This document shows positions 10,883 to 21,248 of a stretch of 64,000 nucleotides of DNA, one piece after another (the stretch's first letter is position 1; the number at the start of each line of letters is the position of its first letter). The position numbers and the translations under genes are program-made. The notes below the pieces were generated by a model. It saw only the letters and a program-made list of their open reading frames with translations, ran no database searches and had not been told where the DNA came from. This DNA comes from an uncultured Gemmataceae bacterium (GTDB lineage Bacteria; Planctomycetota; Planctomycetia; Gemmatales; Gemmataceae). The DNA is taken from positions 1,824,001-1,888,000 of the forward strand of contig CAVVPN010000003.1 of assembly GCA_963750165.1 (NCBI GenBank). The letters run 5' to 3'.

Positions 10883-12005
10883 ATGAGCGCTCCCGAAATC
10901 TACTCCCCCGGTCTGGAAGGCGTCATCGCCGGCGAGACCGCCATCTCAACCGTGGAGGGCGGCCTGCGTTACCGCGGCTATCCGGTGACCGAGCTGGCCG
11001 AGCACGCCAGCTTTGAAGAGGTCGCCTACCTGCTGCTGTACGGCGACCTGCCGAACGCCACGGCGCTGCAGCAGTTCCACGACCGCCTGGCGAAAGCCGC
11101 CGAACTGGTGCCGGCGCCGCTGACGGATTTGCTCGGAGTGCTGCCGAAACAGGCCCTGCCAATGGATGTGCTCCGCAGTGCGGTCAGCATCCTGGCGCAC
11201 TACGACCCGGAGACGCAGGACAACAGCACCGCCGCCAACCTGCGCAAGGCCGAGCGGCTGCTGGGCCAGATCCCCGTCGTCGTCGCCCAGCAGTATCGGC
11301 TGACAAAGGGCCAGCCCCTGATCCCGCCCTGCCGCGACCTCGGCCACGCCGCCAACTTCCTGTACATGCTGCGCGGCACGCCGCCCGGCGACTTCGAGGC
11401 CCGCGCCTTCGATGTGTCGCTGATCCTGTACGCCGAGCATGAGTTCAATGCTTCCACCTTCACCGCCCGCGTGGTCGTCTCGACGGAATCCGACCTGCAC
11501 TCCGCCGTCGTCGCGGCCATCGGGGCGCTGAAGGGCCGGCTGCACGGCGGCGCCAACGAGAAGGTGATGGACCTGCTCTTGCAGGCGGGCGGCCCAGACG
11601 TGGCGGAGCAGTGGATTCGCGCCGCGCTGGCGCAAGGAGCGCGTCATGGGCTTCGGTCACCGCGTCTACAAGACCGGCGACGTGCGGGCGCGCATCCTGA
11701 AGGAGTTCGCTCGCAAGGCAGCGGCGGCGGTCGGCCAGACGCAGTACGAGGACAGCGCCGAGATCATCGAGCGTGTGCTGGCGACCGAGAAGAACCTGTT
11801 CCCGAACCTGGACTGGCCGGCCGGCCGGCTGTACCACACGCTGGGGCTGGAGACGCCGCTGTACACGCCGTTTTTCGTGGCGTCGCGCGTCAGCGGCTGG
11901 GCGGCGCACGTCATCGAGCAACTGGAGCACAACCGCCTGATCCGGCCGCGCGGCCGCTACACCGGGCCGGCGGTGCGCTCGGTCCAGCCGCTGGCACAGC
12001 GCTGA
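10883..12005 (+). CDS. prpC: (methyl)citrate synthase (frameshift near 11630)
   Basis: GLEGVIAGETAIS, YAEHEFNASTF, LHGGANE, MGFGHRVYK, FPNLDW; adjacent to prpB. Confidence 0.88.
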
Positions 12006-12190
12006 CCCGCGTCCAGTTCGCGCACCCACGCTGCACGCTGTACACTTGACGAGGTTCTTCTGGCCATCGGCAAAACACTCATCAAGTTTTAAGCAGCACC
12101 TGGGAGAATAGTTGGGGTTATAGTAGATGGAAGCAGTGCGTAACTTGCGCACACCGTCCAACCCCTTTCACTCCCTCGGGAGACTCGCAA

Positions 12191-13276
12191 ATGCGTGCCA
12201 AATTCACTCTGCTCTGTCTGATGGCCTTTCTGGTGTGTGTGATCGTGTTGGTCGAGACGCAGACCGCCGTTTCTCAGTTTGGCGGCAAGGGGGGCAAGGG
12301 AGGGGGCAAAGGAGGCAAGGGCGGCTTCGACCCCGGCAAGATGTTTGACTGGATGGACAAGGACAAAAAGGGCTACATCTCAATCGCCGACATGCGGTTC
12401 GGCAAGGATGAAGCGGAACTCTTTGCCAAGGAGAACGGCATCACCAACGGTCAACTGACTCGCGACCAGTTCATGAAATACTCCGAGCAAGGCGAAGCCC
12501 TGCGGCAAAAAACCGGCAATACCGGTGGGTTTGGCGGAAAGGGCAAGGGCAAGGGCAAGGGCAAGGGTGGCCCCGGCGAGGCTCCGAAGGGACCCAAAGT
12601 CACCGTCGGCGACGAGAACGACGTGGATCGCATCGCTGAGGAGCAGTTCCGCAAATTCGACACCAACGGCGACGGCAACCTGAACGAGGAGGAACTCCTC
12701 AAAACGAAACGGCTCAAGGACGAATGGCAGAAGTGGGACGAGAACAAGGACAAGCTCATCAGCCTGAGCGAATACCGCGCCTACTTCCGCGATTTCACCA
12801 AGCGCCTCAACGAAAAGATCGAGGCCAAGCGCGCCAACAACGAGGAGAACAAGAACGACTCGAAGCCGGGCGGCATCAAGCGGATCATCATTGAGGAGGA
12901 TGAGGAGGTGCTGCCGAGCACCTTCCACGTCGGCAGCGTGTTACCGAAAGGCATCCCGGACTGGTTCACCGAACTGGACACGGACCCCAAAGACGGTCAG
13001 GTCTCGCTCTATGAGTGGGCGCGCCTGGGCAAGAAGGATGTCGAGCTGTTCGAAAAGATGGACCGCAACGGCGATGGCTTGCTGACCGCCGAGGAGGTGC
13101 TCCACTACCAGCGGCAAGCCGCCGTCCCGCAGCGGCAGGTGTCGCAGGTGGCCATCATCAGCGGCACCCGCATTGACGAACCACCGACCCGCCCCAACGC
13201 CCCCTTTGGCGGCAAGGGCAAGGGCAAGGGCAAGGGCAAGGGCGGCCCGGGGAAAAAAGGCAAGATCGGTGGTTGA
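12191..13276 (+). CDS. secreted EF-hand protein with Gly-Lys low-complexity tracts
   Basis: Signal peptide; EF-hand loops DKDKKGYIS, DTNGDGNLNEEE, DENKDKLISLSE, DRNGDGLLTAEE; (GK)n tracts. Confidence 0.8.
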   Translation: MRAKFTLLCLMAFLVCVIVLVETQTAVSQFGGKGGKGGGKGGKGGFDPGKMFDWMDKDKKGYISIADMRFGKDEAELFAKENGITNGQLTRDQFMKYSEQGEALRQKTGNTGGFGGKGKGKGKGKGGPGEAPKGPKVTVGDENDVDRIAEEQFRKFDTNGDGNLNEEELLKTKRLKDEWQKWDENKDKLISLSEYRAYFRDFTKRLNEKIEAKRANNEENKNDSKPGGIKRIIIEEDEEVLPSTFHVGSVLPKGIPDWFTELDTDPKDGQVSLYEWARLGKKDVELFEKMDRNGDGLLTAEEVLHYQRQAAVPQRQVSQVAIISGTRIDEPPTRPNAPFGGKGKGKGKGKGGPGKKGKIGG

Positions 13277-13357
13277 GCGCCCGCGTCCCAACGCCAACGC
13301 CGCGGGCGGCGCCGGCACCACCGGCGCCGCCCGCGGCGTTTGTCTGCCGTGGACGGC

Positions 13358-14607
13358 TCAGCCCACCTCGTCCAGCAGGTGGCCGAGCTTGTCCTTCTTG
13401 GTCTTGAGGTAGCGCGCGTTGTGCGGGTTCGGCGCGATCTGAATCGGCACCCGCTCGACGATCTGCAAGCCATAGCCTTCCAGGCCAACCACCTTCTTCG
13501 TGTTGTTCGTCAACAGCCGAATCTGCCGCACACCCAGGTCGAACAGGATTTGCGCCCCGATGCCGTACTGCCGCAGGTCGGCGCCGAAGCCGAGCTTGCG
13601 GTTGGCCTCCACCGTGTCCAGCCCCTCCTGCTGCTGCAAGCGGTACGCCTGCAACTTGGGCAACAGGCCAATGCCGCGGCCCTCCTGCCGCATGTACAGC
13701 AGCACGCCCCTGCCGGCCGCGCGAATCTGCTCCATCGCCTGGTGCAGTTGGGGCCCACAATCGCACAGGCAGCTGCCGAAGATGTCGCCCGTCAGGCACT
13801 GGCTGTGGACGCGCACCAGCACCGGCTCGGTCTGCACCGGCACCTGACCGTGGGCCTCCAGACCGACGCCGCCCAGCGTCAGCGCCAGGTGCGGCTCGGA
13901 ATCGACCACCGACGTGTACGGAATCAGGTCGAAGGTGCCGTGCGTCGTCGGCAGCTGGACCGTCAGTTCGCGACGGACGAAGCGCTCGCGCTGATGGCGG
14001 TGCTTGATGAGGTCTTCAATGGTACACATTTTGAGGTGGTGTTTACGGCAATACTCCTTCAACTGCGGCAGTCGGGCCATGTGGCCGTCCTCGGTCAGCA
14101 CCTCGCAGATGACCGCGGCCTCTTTCAGACCAGCCAGGCGGGCCAGATCGACGCTGCCCTCGGTGTGGCCGGCGCGCACCAGGACGCCGCCTGCGCGCGC
14201 CGCAGGCCATCGACGTGGCCCTTGCCGCGGATCAGGTCGTTGGCGGTCGAATGGTCGTCGATGGCGACCTGGACGGTGCGAGCGCGGTCGTGGGCGGACG
14301 TGCCGGTGGTGATGCCGGTGCGGGCGTCGATCTTCTGCGTGAACGGCGTCGCCTCCGGGTCGGGGTGGTTGGTCGGCTGCAATTCCAGGTGCAGGCGGTC
14401 GCAGAGGTCCGGCGCCAGCGCCAGGCAGACAATGCCGCAGCCGTGCCGCACCATGAAGTTGATGGCCTCGGGCGTCACCTTCTCGGCGGCGATGACCAGG
14501 TCGCCCTCGTTCTCGCGGCGCTCGTCATCGACCAGCACGATCATGCGGCCGGCGCGCAGCTCGGCAATGGCTTCGTCGATGGTGCAGAAAGGGTTCGGGT
14601 CCGGCAT
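13358..14607 (-). CDS. ribBA: bifunctional DHBP synthase / GTP cyclohydrolase II (frameshift near 14197)
   Basis: [67 protein letters not shown]. Confidence 0.95.
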
Positions 14608-14724
14608 GGCGGTCCTCACGGCGTTGGGGGCGAGCGGCCAGGGCGTCTGTCTTATTGTAGGCCGCTTGACCACCCGCGGTTGGGGTGCGAGAATGGACAA
14701 GGGTAAAGCGGAAGGGAGTGGGCC

Positions 14725-14973
14725 ATGATTTTCAAAATTGCCCTGGAAGAATTTCAGCAAGACGTGATGAAGTACCTTCAGCGCGTCCAGCAAGGCACCA
14801 GTTACGTCGTAATGCAGGGCGACAAACCCCTGGCGGAACTGATCCCGGTTCCCGACCTGGGTCCGCGGGAACCTCGGCCATTCGGGCTGGCAAAAGGTGA
14901 CTTTGTCGTCCCAGATAATTTCAACGACCCGTTGACGGCGGAAGAAGTCCTCCGGTTGTTCGGCGCCCAATGA
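14725..14973 (+). CDS. type II antitoxin (Phd/VapB-like)
   Basis: Small protein with KPLAELIP and RPFGLAKGDFVVPDNFNDPL; stop overlaps toxin start (ATGA). Confidence 0.8.
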   Translation: MIFKIALEEFQQDVMKYLQRVQQGTSYVVMQGDKPLAELIPVPDLGPREPRPFGLAKGDFVVPDNFNDPLTAEEVLRLFGAQ

Positions 14974-15362
14974 ACCTGTTACTCGACACGCACATTTTCC
15001 TGTGGTTGATTACCAGCGACCCCAAATTGGACGTGTTGTTGCGGGCGGACATTTGTGACCCGGCCAACCAGGTGTTCCTGAGCGTCGTGTCTATCTACGA
15101 GGTGTTTATCAAGGCGAGCACCGGCCGATTGTCCTTCCCGGAAGCGCCGGAGATCTATCTGCCCAAACAGCGCAATGCGCAACGCATCAACAACCTGTCG
15201 CTGGAGGAAGCTGACGTTTTGCGGGCGACGCAACTGCCCCCAATCCACAAGGATCCGTTTGACCGCTTGCTCATTTGCCAGGCACAACAAAACGACTTGC
15301 TGTTTTGTACCGATGACGCCATCCTGCAAACCTACCCGGTGAAGCTCTGGCAGCCGCCCTGA
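14970..15362 (+). CDS. vapC: PIN-domain VapC toxin
   Basis: LLLDTHIFLW, S..SIYE, HKDPFDRLLICQA, TDD. Confidence 0.92.
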   Translation: MNLLLDTHIFLWLITSDPKLDVLLRADICDPANQVFLSVVSIYEVFIKASTGRLSFPEAPEIYLPKQRNAQRINNLSLEEADVLRATQLPPIHKDPFDRLLICQAQQNDLLFCTDDAILQTYPVKLWQPP

Positions 15363-15418
15363 CCGAACCGCGCCTCCCTCCCTCGAAAACTCGCCCGCTA
15401 CGGAAGACGACAACGCAC

Positions 15419-16636
15419 ATGAAAGCACGTCGGGTCGGTTTATGGTTGATCGGTGCCTGCGGCGGCGTGGGCACGACGGCGGCCCTGGGGCTGGCGGCGC
15501 TGGGCCGCGGTCTGGTCGGGCCCACCAGCATGGTCACGGCCCTGCCGCAATTCGCCGGCCTCGGTCTTGATGAACCCAAAACCTGGGTCGTCGGCGGCCA
15601 CGACGTGCGCCGCACCAGTTACCGCCAGTCCGTGCGCGAGCTGCACGAGCGCAGCGGCGTCTTCGACCCGGCTGTCATCGACGCCTGTCTGCCGGACCTC
15701 GATCAGTGGAGCGGCAACGTGCGGCCCGGCACCGTCCTCGGCGCCGGCACCACCATTGAGCGTCTCGCCGACCTGGCCGAGGCGCACCGCAGCGAGAGCA
15801 GCCGCAGCGCCATCGAGCGCATCCAGGCCGACCTGCAAGCGTTCCGCTCCGATCAGGCGCTCGATCAGCTTGTGGTCATCAACGTCGCCTCGACGGAGCC
15901 TCCCTTCACGCTGACCGACAACCACCAGAGTGTCGAGAGGCTGCTGCCGGCGCTGGAGCAGCGTCAGCCGCTGCTGCCGCCGAGCGCCCTGTACGCCTGG
16001 GCGGCGCTGGAGCTGGGGCTGCCGTACGTCAACTTCACGCCGTCGCTGGGCTCATCGTTCCCGGCGGCGGACGAGCTGGCCCGGCAGCGGCACACGGTCC
16101 ATGCTGGCAAGGACGGCAAGACCGGCGAGACGCTGCTCAAGACGGTGCTGGCGCCGATGTTCGCGCATCGCAACCTGCGCATCCTCAGCTGGGTCGGCCA
16201 CAACATCTTCGGCAACCGCGATGGCCAGGTGCTCGACGATCCGCTCAACAAGTCGTCGAAGATTCAGACCAAGGACCAGGTGATTTCCGGCATCGTCGGC
16301 TACAAGCCGCAGACGCTGGTGTCGATCGAGTACATCGAGTCGCTGGACGACTGGAAGACGGCGTGGGACCACATCCACTTCCAGGGTTTTCTGGGCGTCA
16401 AGATGATGATGCAGTTTCAGTGGCAGGGCTGCGACTCGATCCTGGCGGCGCCGCTGGTACTGGACCTGGCGCGGCTGGCGCTGCTGGCGCAGCGACGCGG
16501 CGAGGTCGGCGTCCTGGGCCACCTGGCGTGCTTCTTCAAGAGCCCGATGGGCACAACCGAGCACGACTTCTTCAAGCAGTTCGCCGCGCTGGAGGCGTAC
16601 ACCGCGGCCTCCTCTGGCTCCCCTGGCCCCCTTTAG
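15419..16636 (+). CDS. myo-inositol-1-phosphate synthase family protein
   Basis: GxxGxVG Rossmann motif, NVASTE, VNFTPS, GKDGKTGETLLK, GNRDG, DWKTAWD, GCDSILAAPLVLDL. Confidence 0.9.
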   Translation: MKARRVGLWLIGACGGVGTTAALGLAALGRGLVGPTSMVTALPQFAGLGLDEPKTWVVGGHDVRRTSYRQSVRELHERSGVFDPAVIDACLPDLDQWSGNVRPGTVLGAGTTIERLADLAEAHRSESSRSAIERIQADLQAFRSDQALDQLVVINVASTEPPFTLTDNHQSVERLLPALEQRQPLLPPSALYAWAALELGLPYVNFTPSLGSSFPAADELARQRHTVHAGKDGKTGETLLKTVLAPMFAHRNLRILSWVGHNIFGNRDGQVLDDPLNKSSKIQTKDQVISGIVGYKPQTLVSIEYIESLDDWKTAWDHIHFQGFLGVKMMMQFQWQGCDSILAAPLVLDLARLALLAQRRGEVGVLGHLACFFKSPMGTTEHDFFKQFAALEAYTAASSGSPGPL

Positions 16637-16668
16637 GGGGGAGGGGAGAAGACAACCCGGAACCCTTC

Positions 16669-17670
16669 ATGAACCAATCTTCCGACAACGACGCCACGCT
16701 GATCGTGGAGCCCGCCCCGCCCGCGGCGCATCCCTTCGCCTGGCTGCCCTACGCCCGGCTGCTGCGCATCCCCAACGTCTTTACCGCCCTGGCCGACATC
16801 GCGCTCGCCGGCCTGGTCAGCGGCGCGATCACCACGAATGCGCTCGGGCTGCTGCTCGTGGCGCTGGCGTCCGCGTGCCTGTACTGCAGCGGCATGGTCT
16901 GGAACGATTACTTCGACGTGGAGCAGGACGCGCGCGAACGGCCCTTCCGCCCGCTGCCATCGGGCCGCATTTCACTGGGCACGGCCAGACGGTTGGCGGC
17001 GGGACTGATGGCCGTCGGCGTGGCGCTGGCCGGCATGGCGGGGCTGCGGGCGGACGGCTTCGCGGCGGCGCCGCTGACCTGGGCGGTGGTGCTGGCGCTC
17101 TGCGTGCTGCTGTACGACACCTGGCTGAAGCACACGGGACTGGGGCCGGTGGGCATGGGCGCGTGTCGGTTCTGCAACGTGCTGCTGGGGCTGGCGGTCG
17201 CGCCAATCAGCGTCGGCGGCTGGGGCGTCTTGCTGGCGCTGGTGGTCGGCGTCTACATCGTCGGCGTGACGTGGTTCGCGCGCACCGAGGCGCGGGCCAG
17301 TTCACAGATGATGCTGCTGGGCGCCGCGGCGGTGATGCTGTTCGCGCTGGTGCTGGCGCTGGCGGTGCCGACCGCCGGGCCGCGCGCGCTGCGCGGCGAT
17401 GACCCGATGACCTTCCTGACGGTCGGCCTTGGTCAGGTGCTGTTCCCGTATCTGCTGGTGCTGTTCGGCTTCTACGTGGGGGTGCCGGTGGCCGCCGCGG
17501 TGCGGGCGCCGACGCCGGAGCGCGTGCAGGCCGCCATCAAGCGCAGTGTCCTGGGATTGATTCTGTTCGACGCGCTGCTGGCGGCGTCACTGGTCGGCAC
17601 GGCGGGCCTGCTGATCGCGCTGCTGCTGCCGCCGGCGCTGCTGCTGGGGCGGCGCGTGTACTCGACGTGA
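16669..17670 (+). CDS. UbiA family prenyltransferase (EboC-like)
   Basis: LLRIPNVFTALAD, GMVWNDYFD...D..ERPFRPLPSGRI, LYD...K, MG.CR..N; multiple TM helices. Confidence 0.88.
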   Translation: MNQSSDNDATLIVEPAPPAAHPFAWLPYARLLRIPNVFTALADIALAGLVSGAITTNALGLLLVALASACLYCSGMVWNDYFDVEQDARERPFRPLPSGRISLGTARRLAAGLMAVGVALAGMAGLRADGFAAAPLTWAVVLALCVLLYDTWLKHTGLGPVGMGACRFCNVLLGLAVAPISVGGWGVLLALVVGVYIVGVTWFARTEARASSQMMLLGAAAVMLFALVLALAVPTAGPRALRGDDPMTFLTVGLGQVLFPYLLVLFGFYVGVPVAAAVRAPTPERVQAAIKRSVLGLILFDALLAASLVGTAGLLIALLLPPALLLGRRVYST

Positions 17671-17671
17671 C

Positions 17672-18124
17672 TCAGGCCGATTCCTTCTCCCGCAGTTCCT
17701 GGCGGACGCTCATCAAAATCTGGCCGAGCATGTTGCGGCCGCTGCCGTCGCCGCCGTCGCCCCAGTACGAATCATTCTCCGTGTGTTCGACGAGTTTCGC
17801 GTCGCCGGTGTCGAGCAGCAGCTTCCGCAACTCGGCGTGCTGCGTGAACTTGGCCAGCACCGCCTCGCGCATGATGCCGTCCTTGACCTTCTCCCAGTCG
17901 GGCCGCAGTTTATGGGTGCGCGAGCGGCCCATGCGCGCGGCGATCATCGGCGACTTGGCGAGGCGAATTTCCTCCGCGCGCTCGCTGCCCGCGAATTTTT
18001 GCGCCTGGAAAAAATGCTCCGTCGTCGGCCACAGGACGCCGTTGAGCAGCACCGGCGACCGCCAGAAGTTAGAGAAACAACCGAACGGCTCGTCGAGGTG
18101 GTAGAAATGGATCACGACCGACAT
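17672..18124 (-). CDS. NADAR (YbiA/RibX, COG3236) family N-glycosidase
   Basis: FSNF, WPTTEHFFQAQKF, RPDWEKVK, AKFTQH..L..LL.TG...LVEHT..DSYWGDG...G.NMLG. Confidence 0.92.
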   Translation of the reverse strand: MSVVIHFYHLDEPFGCFSNFWRSPVLLNGVLWPTTEHFFQAQKFAGSERAEEIRLAKSPMIAARMGRSRTHKLRPDWEKVKDGIMREAVLAKFTQHAELRKLLLDTGDAKLVEHTENDSYWGDGGDGSGRNMLGQILMSVRQELREKESA

Positions 18125-18216
18125 GCGTTCCCCCTCCCGCGGGCACTGGTGGAAGTGACGACACCCACCTCCCGACACCGCCGTCAGCCGGCGGGTTTGC
18201 CAGCGGGTCGGCGGCT

Positions 18217-18921
18217 TCACCGGAAGCTGTTTTTGACGTCCGCGTTGCACAGGATCACGAGGCCCCAGATGCCGATGGGCAGGCCGCCCAGGCAGGCGAG
18301 GTTACACGGCAGCATGGCGACGATGCAGCCCGCCAGCGCCGTGCCGTACGAACTCCGGCTGGACATGGCGTTGGCGCCCTGGATCACGAAGCCGCACCAG
18401 AGCGCGGTGATGAGCGCCGCGCCGGCGGCGCTCCCGAGCCTGTACGCCGCGCCACCGCCCCCGGGCCCCTGGGCTACGGCGCCGGCGCCGACGATGTTGA
18501 GGATCACCCCCAGGATGCCGAGCGCGATCCCCACATAGCCCACGATTTGCAAGGCCGTCGCGGGGGTGTGCACCAGGGCGTCCACGTCGGACAAGCGCGC
18601 CTTGCGTTTCTTGCGCCGCCGCGGGCGGTCGTCAAAATCCTCGTCCTCGTCCTCCGCCGGCCGGCGGCGCCGGGGGCGGTCGTCCAAGTCCTCGTCCTCA
18701 TCCTCGACCGGCCGCCGGCGCGGCGGCGGCGGCGTGGAAGCAATCGCCCGGCTCCCGGGGGCAGGGCGCGGCGGTTCGGCCTCCTCCGGCAGTTCCTCCA
18801 ACTCCACCGTTTCCTCGGCGGTGAACACCTGCTGGCAACCCGGGCACCGCACCCGTTTCCCCAGGGCTTCCTCCTTCACATTCAATTTCCGGCCACACGA
18901 CGTGCAGGTGATGATGGGCAT
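18217..18921 (-). CDS. zinc-ribbon membrane protein
   Basis: N-terminal CxxC..CPxC, charged RRRP/DED linker, C-terminal TM helices ending GLPIGIWGLV. Confidence 0.75.
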   Translation of the reverse strand: MPIITCTSCGRKLNVKEEALGKRVRCPGCQQVFTAEETVELEELPEEAEPPRPAPGSRAIASTPPPPRRRPVEDEDEDLDDRPRRRRPAEDEDEDFDDRPRRRKKRKARLSDVDALVHTPATALQIVGYVGIALGILGVILNIVGAGAVAQGPGGGGAAYRLGSAAGAALITALWCGFVIQGANAMSSRSSYGTALAGCIVAMLPCNLACLGGLPIGIWGLVILCNADVKNSFR

Positions 18922-19021
18922 GGGTGCTTCCTTAACTCCATGATAATCAGACACGGTATGTGGGACGATTATCGGGACTGGCAAGCTGATCGCCAAGCGG
19001 GAAATACGGCCCGCGGCTCCA

Positions 19022-20442
19022 TCACAGCTCTTTCCACAAATCGCGGAACGACCGCGGCGCCGGCGCCGGGAAGTCGCGGGCCGCCGTCCAGCCGCCGCCG
19101 GGGCCGGGCAGTCGCCGCAGCCAGCCGTCCTGCGCGAACGGCCGCAGCGCCAGTCGAGCGCAGCGCAGCGCCAGCCGGTACAGCCACGGCCGCCGCATCA
19201 CATAGACCCAGACTTGATATGCCAGGTTCTCCCAGCGGTTCGGTTTGTGGTGGTGCTGCAATTCGCGCAAACCGATGAGCATCTGTGGTATGTTGATCTT
19301 GACCGGACACGCGGCCAGACAGGCGCCGCACAGCGACGAGGCGTGCGGCAGCGCGGCGTTGGCGCTGACGCTGTCGTACAGCGGCGTCAGGATGCTGCCG
19401 ATCGGCCCGGAGTAGACGCCGCCGTAAGCGTGGCCGCCGATGCGGCGGTAGACCGGGCAGGCGTTCAGACACGCCCCGCAGCGGATGCACTGCAAACTCT
19501 CGCGGAACGGCGTCGCCAGAATCCTGCGAGCGGCCGTTGTCGAGCAGGACCAGGTGAAACTCCTGCGGCCCGTCCGATCTCGCCGGGGCGGCGCGGGCCG
19601 GTGATCATCGTCGTGTAGACCGACAGTGGTTGCCCCGTGGCGGCGCGGGCGAGCAGCTTCAAAAAGACGGGCAAATCTTCCCAGCGCGGGATGACTTTTT
19701 CGATGCCCATGACCGCCACGTGGACGCGCGGGCAGGTGGTGGTCAGGCGGCCGTTGCCCTCGTTGGTGATGAGCACGATGGTGCCGGTCTCGGCCACGGC
19801 GAAGTTGGCGCCGGTGATGCCGAGGTCGGCCTCAAAGAACTTCTGGCGGAGCACGCGGCGACCGGTCAGGGCCAGCGTCGCGGGGTCGTCCGGCAGCTGC
19901 TCGCCCAGGTGCGCCGACAGCACACGGGCGACACTCTCGCGCGTGTGGTGAACGGCGGGCGCGACCAGGTGCGACGGCCGTTCGCCCGCCACCTGGATGA
20001 TGTATTCGCCGAAGTCCGTTTCGCTGACCTCGATGCCGGCGGCCTCCAGGGCGGGGTTGAGGTGGATTTCCTCGCTGGTCATCGACTTCGATTTGACCGC
20101 CCGGCGGCACTGTGTCTGGCGGGCGATGTCCACGACGATGCGGCGGGCGTCCTCGGCGGTCGCCGCCCAGTGGACATGGCCGCCGAGCTTGTGGACCGAC
20201 GCCTCCAGCTGTTCGAGGTACTGGTCGAGGTGGGCGAGCGTGTGTTCCTTGATGCGTTTGGCGTGATCGCGGAGCGCGTCGGAGTCGGCGAGGGCGGCGT
20301 AACCGCGGCGGTTACCGGCCATGAGCGTGCTGGTCAGCCGGGCCAGCGCCGCCTGCAGCGGCTCATCGACCAGGGCCTGGGCGGTGGCGCCGGCGAAGTC
20401 GTGGTGCTCGTGGCGGGCGTAGAGGTTGCCGGCGGTGCTCAT
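19022..20442 (-). CDS. lutB: LutB/LldF lactate-oxidation Fe-S protein (two frameshifts near 19575 and 19525)
   Basis: KSKSMTSEEI, ETDFGEYIIQ, PSHLVAPAVH, NEGNGR, CIRCGACLNACPVY, SSLCGAC..ACPVKI. Confidence 0.9.
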
Positions 20443-20472
20443 GGGAAGTCTTCCACGAAACGATGAATCGGA

Positions 20473-21189
20473 TCAGGTGCTGACCAGCACTTCCGCCAGA
20501 TGCAGCGGCCGCACCTTGCTGCCGAGGCGCCGCAGCCGACCGCCGATGTTCATCAGGCAGCCCGTGTCTGTCGCCACCACCACGTCGGCGCCGCTCCGGT
20601 CGATGGCCGCGGCCTTGTCCTGCACCATCGCGCCGCTGATGCCGGGGAAGCGCACCGAAAACGAGCCGCCGAAGCCGCAGCACTCGTCCGCCCGCTCCAG
20701 CGGCAGCAGTTCCAGGCCCGCAACCTGCCGCAGCAGCCGCTCCGGCTCCGTCAGCACGCCGAGGCTGCGCAGATGACAGGCCATGTGATACGTCGCCTTG
20801 CCCGGGAAGCGCGCCCCCACGTCGGTGACGCCGAGCACGTTCACCAGGAAGTCCGACAGCTCGTGCGTCCGCCGGGCCAAATCCTCGGCGCGGCCGTGCC
20901 AGACCAGGTCGTTGTGGAACAGCTCGGGGAACTCCCGTTTCACCATTGCGGCGCAGGAGCCGGACGGGCACACGACCAGCGGACTGGCGGCGAACGCCTG
21001 GATGGTGTGGCGGGCCAGTTCGCGGGCGCAGTCGTGATAACCGCTGTTGAAGTGCGGCTGACCGCAGCAGGTCTGCGCTGCCGGGAAATCGACCGTCACG
21101 CCGAGCCGCCGCAGCAGCTTCACGGTCGCCACGCCCACGTCCGGAAACAGGGCGTCGCCCAGGCAGGTCACCATCAGCGAGACGTTCAA
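20473..21189 (-). CDS. lutA: LutA/LldE CCG-domain Fe-S protein
   Basis: TCLGD, QTCCGQP..NSG, PSGSC, YH.ACH, ECCGFGGSF, D.GCLMNI. Confidence 0.9.
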   Translation of the reverse strand: MNVSLMVTCLGDALFPDVGVATVKLLRRLGVTVDFPAAQTCCGQPHFNSGYHDCARELARHTIQAFAASPLVVCPSGSCAAMVKREFPELFHNDLVWHGRAEDLARRTHELSDFLVNVLGVTDVGARFPGKATYHMACHLRSLGVLTEPERLLRQVAGLELLPLERADECCGFGGSFSVRFPGISGAMVQDKAAAIDRSGADVVVATDTGCLMNIGGRLRRLGSKVRPLHLAEVLVST

Positions 21190-21248
21190 GCGCGCCCCCT
21201 CACCCCCGACCCCCTCTCCCCCTGAAGGGGGCGAGGGGAGCAAGACAA

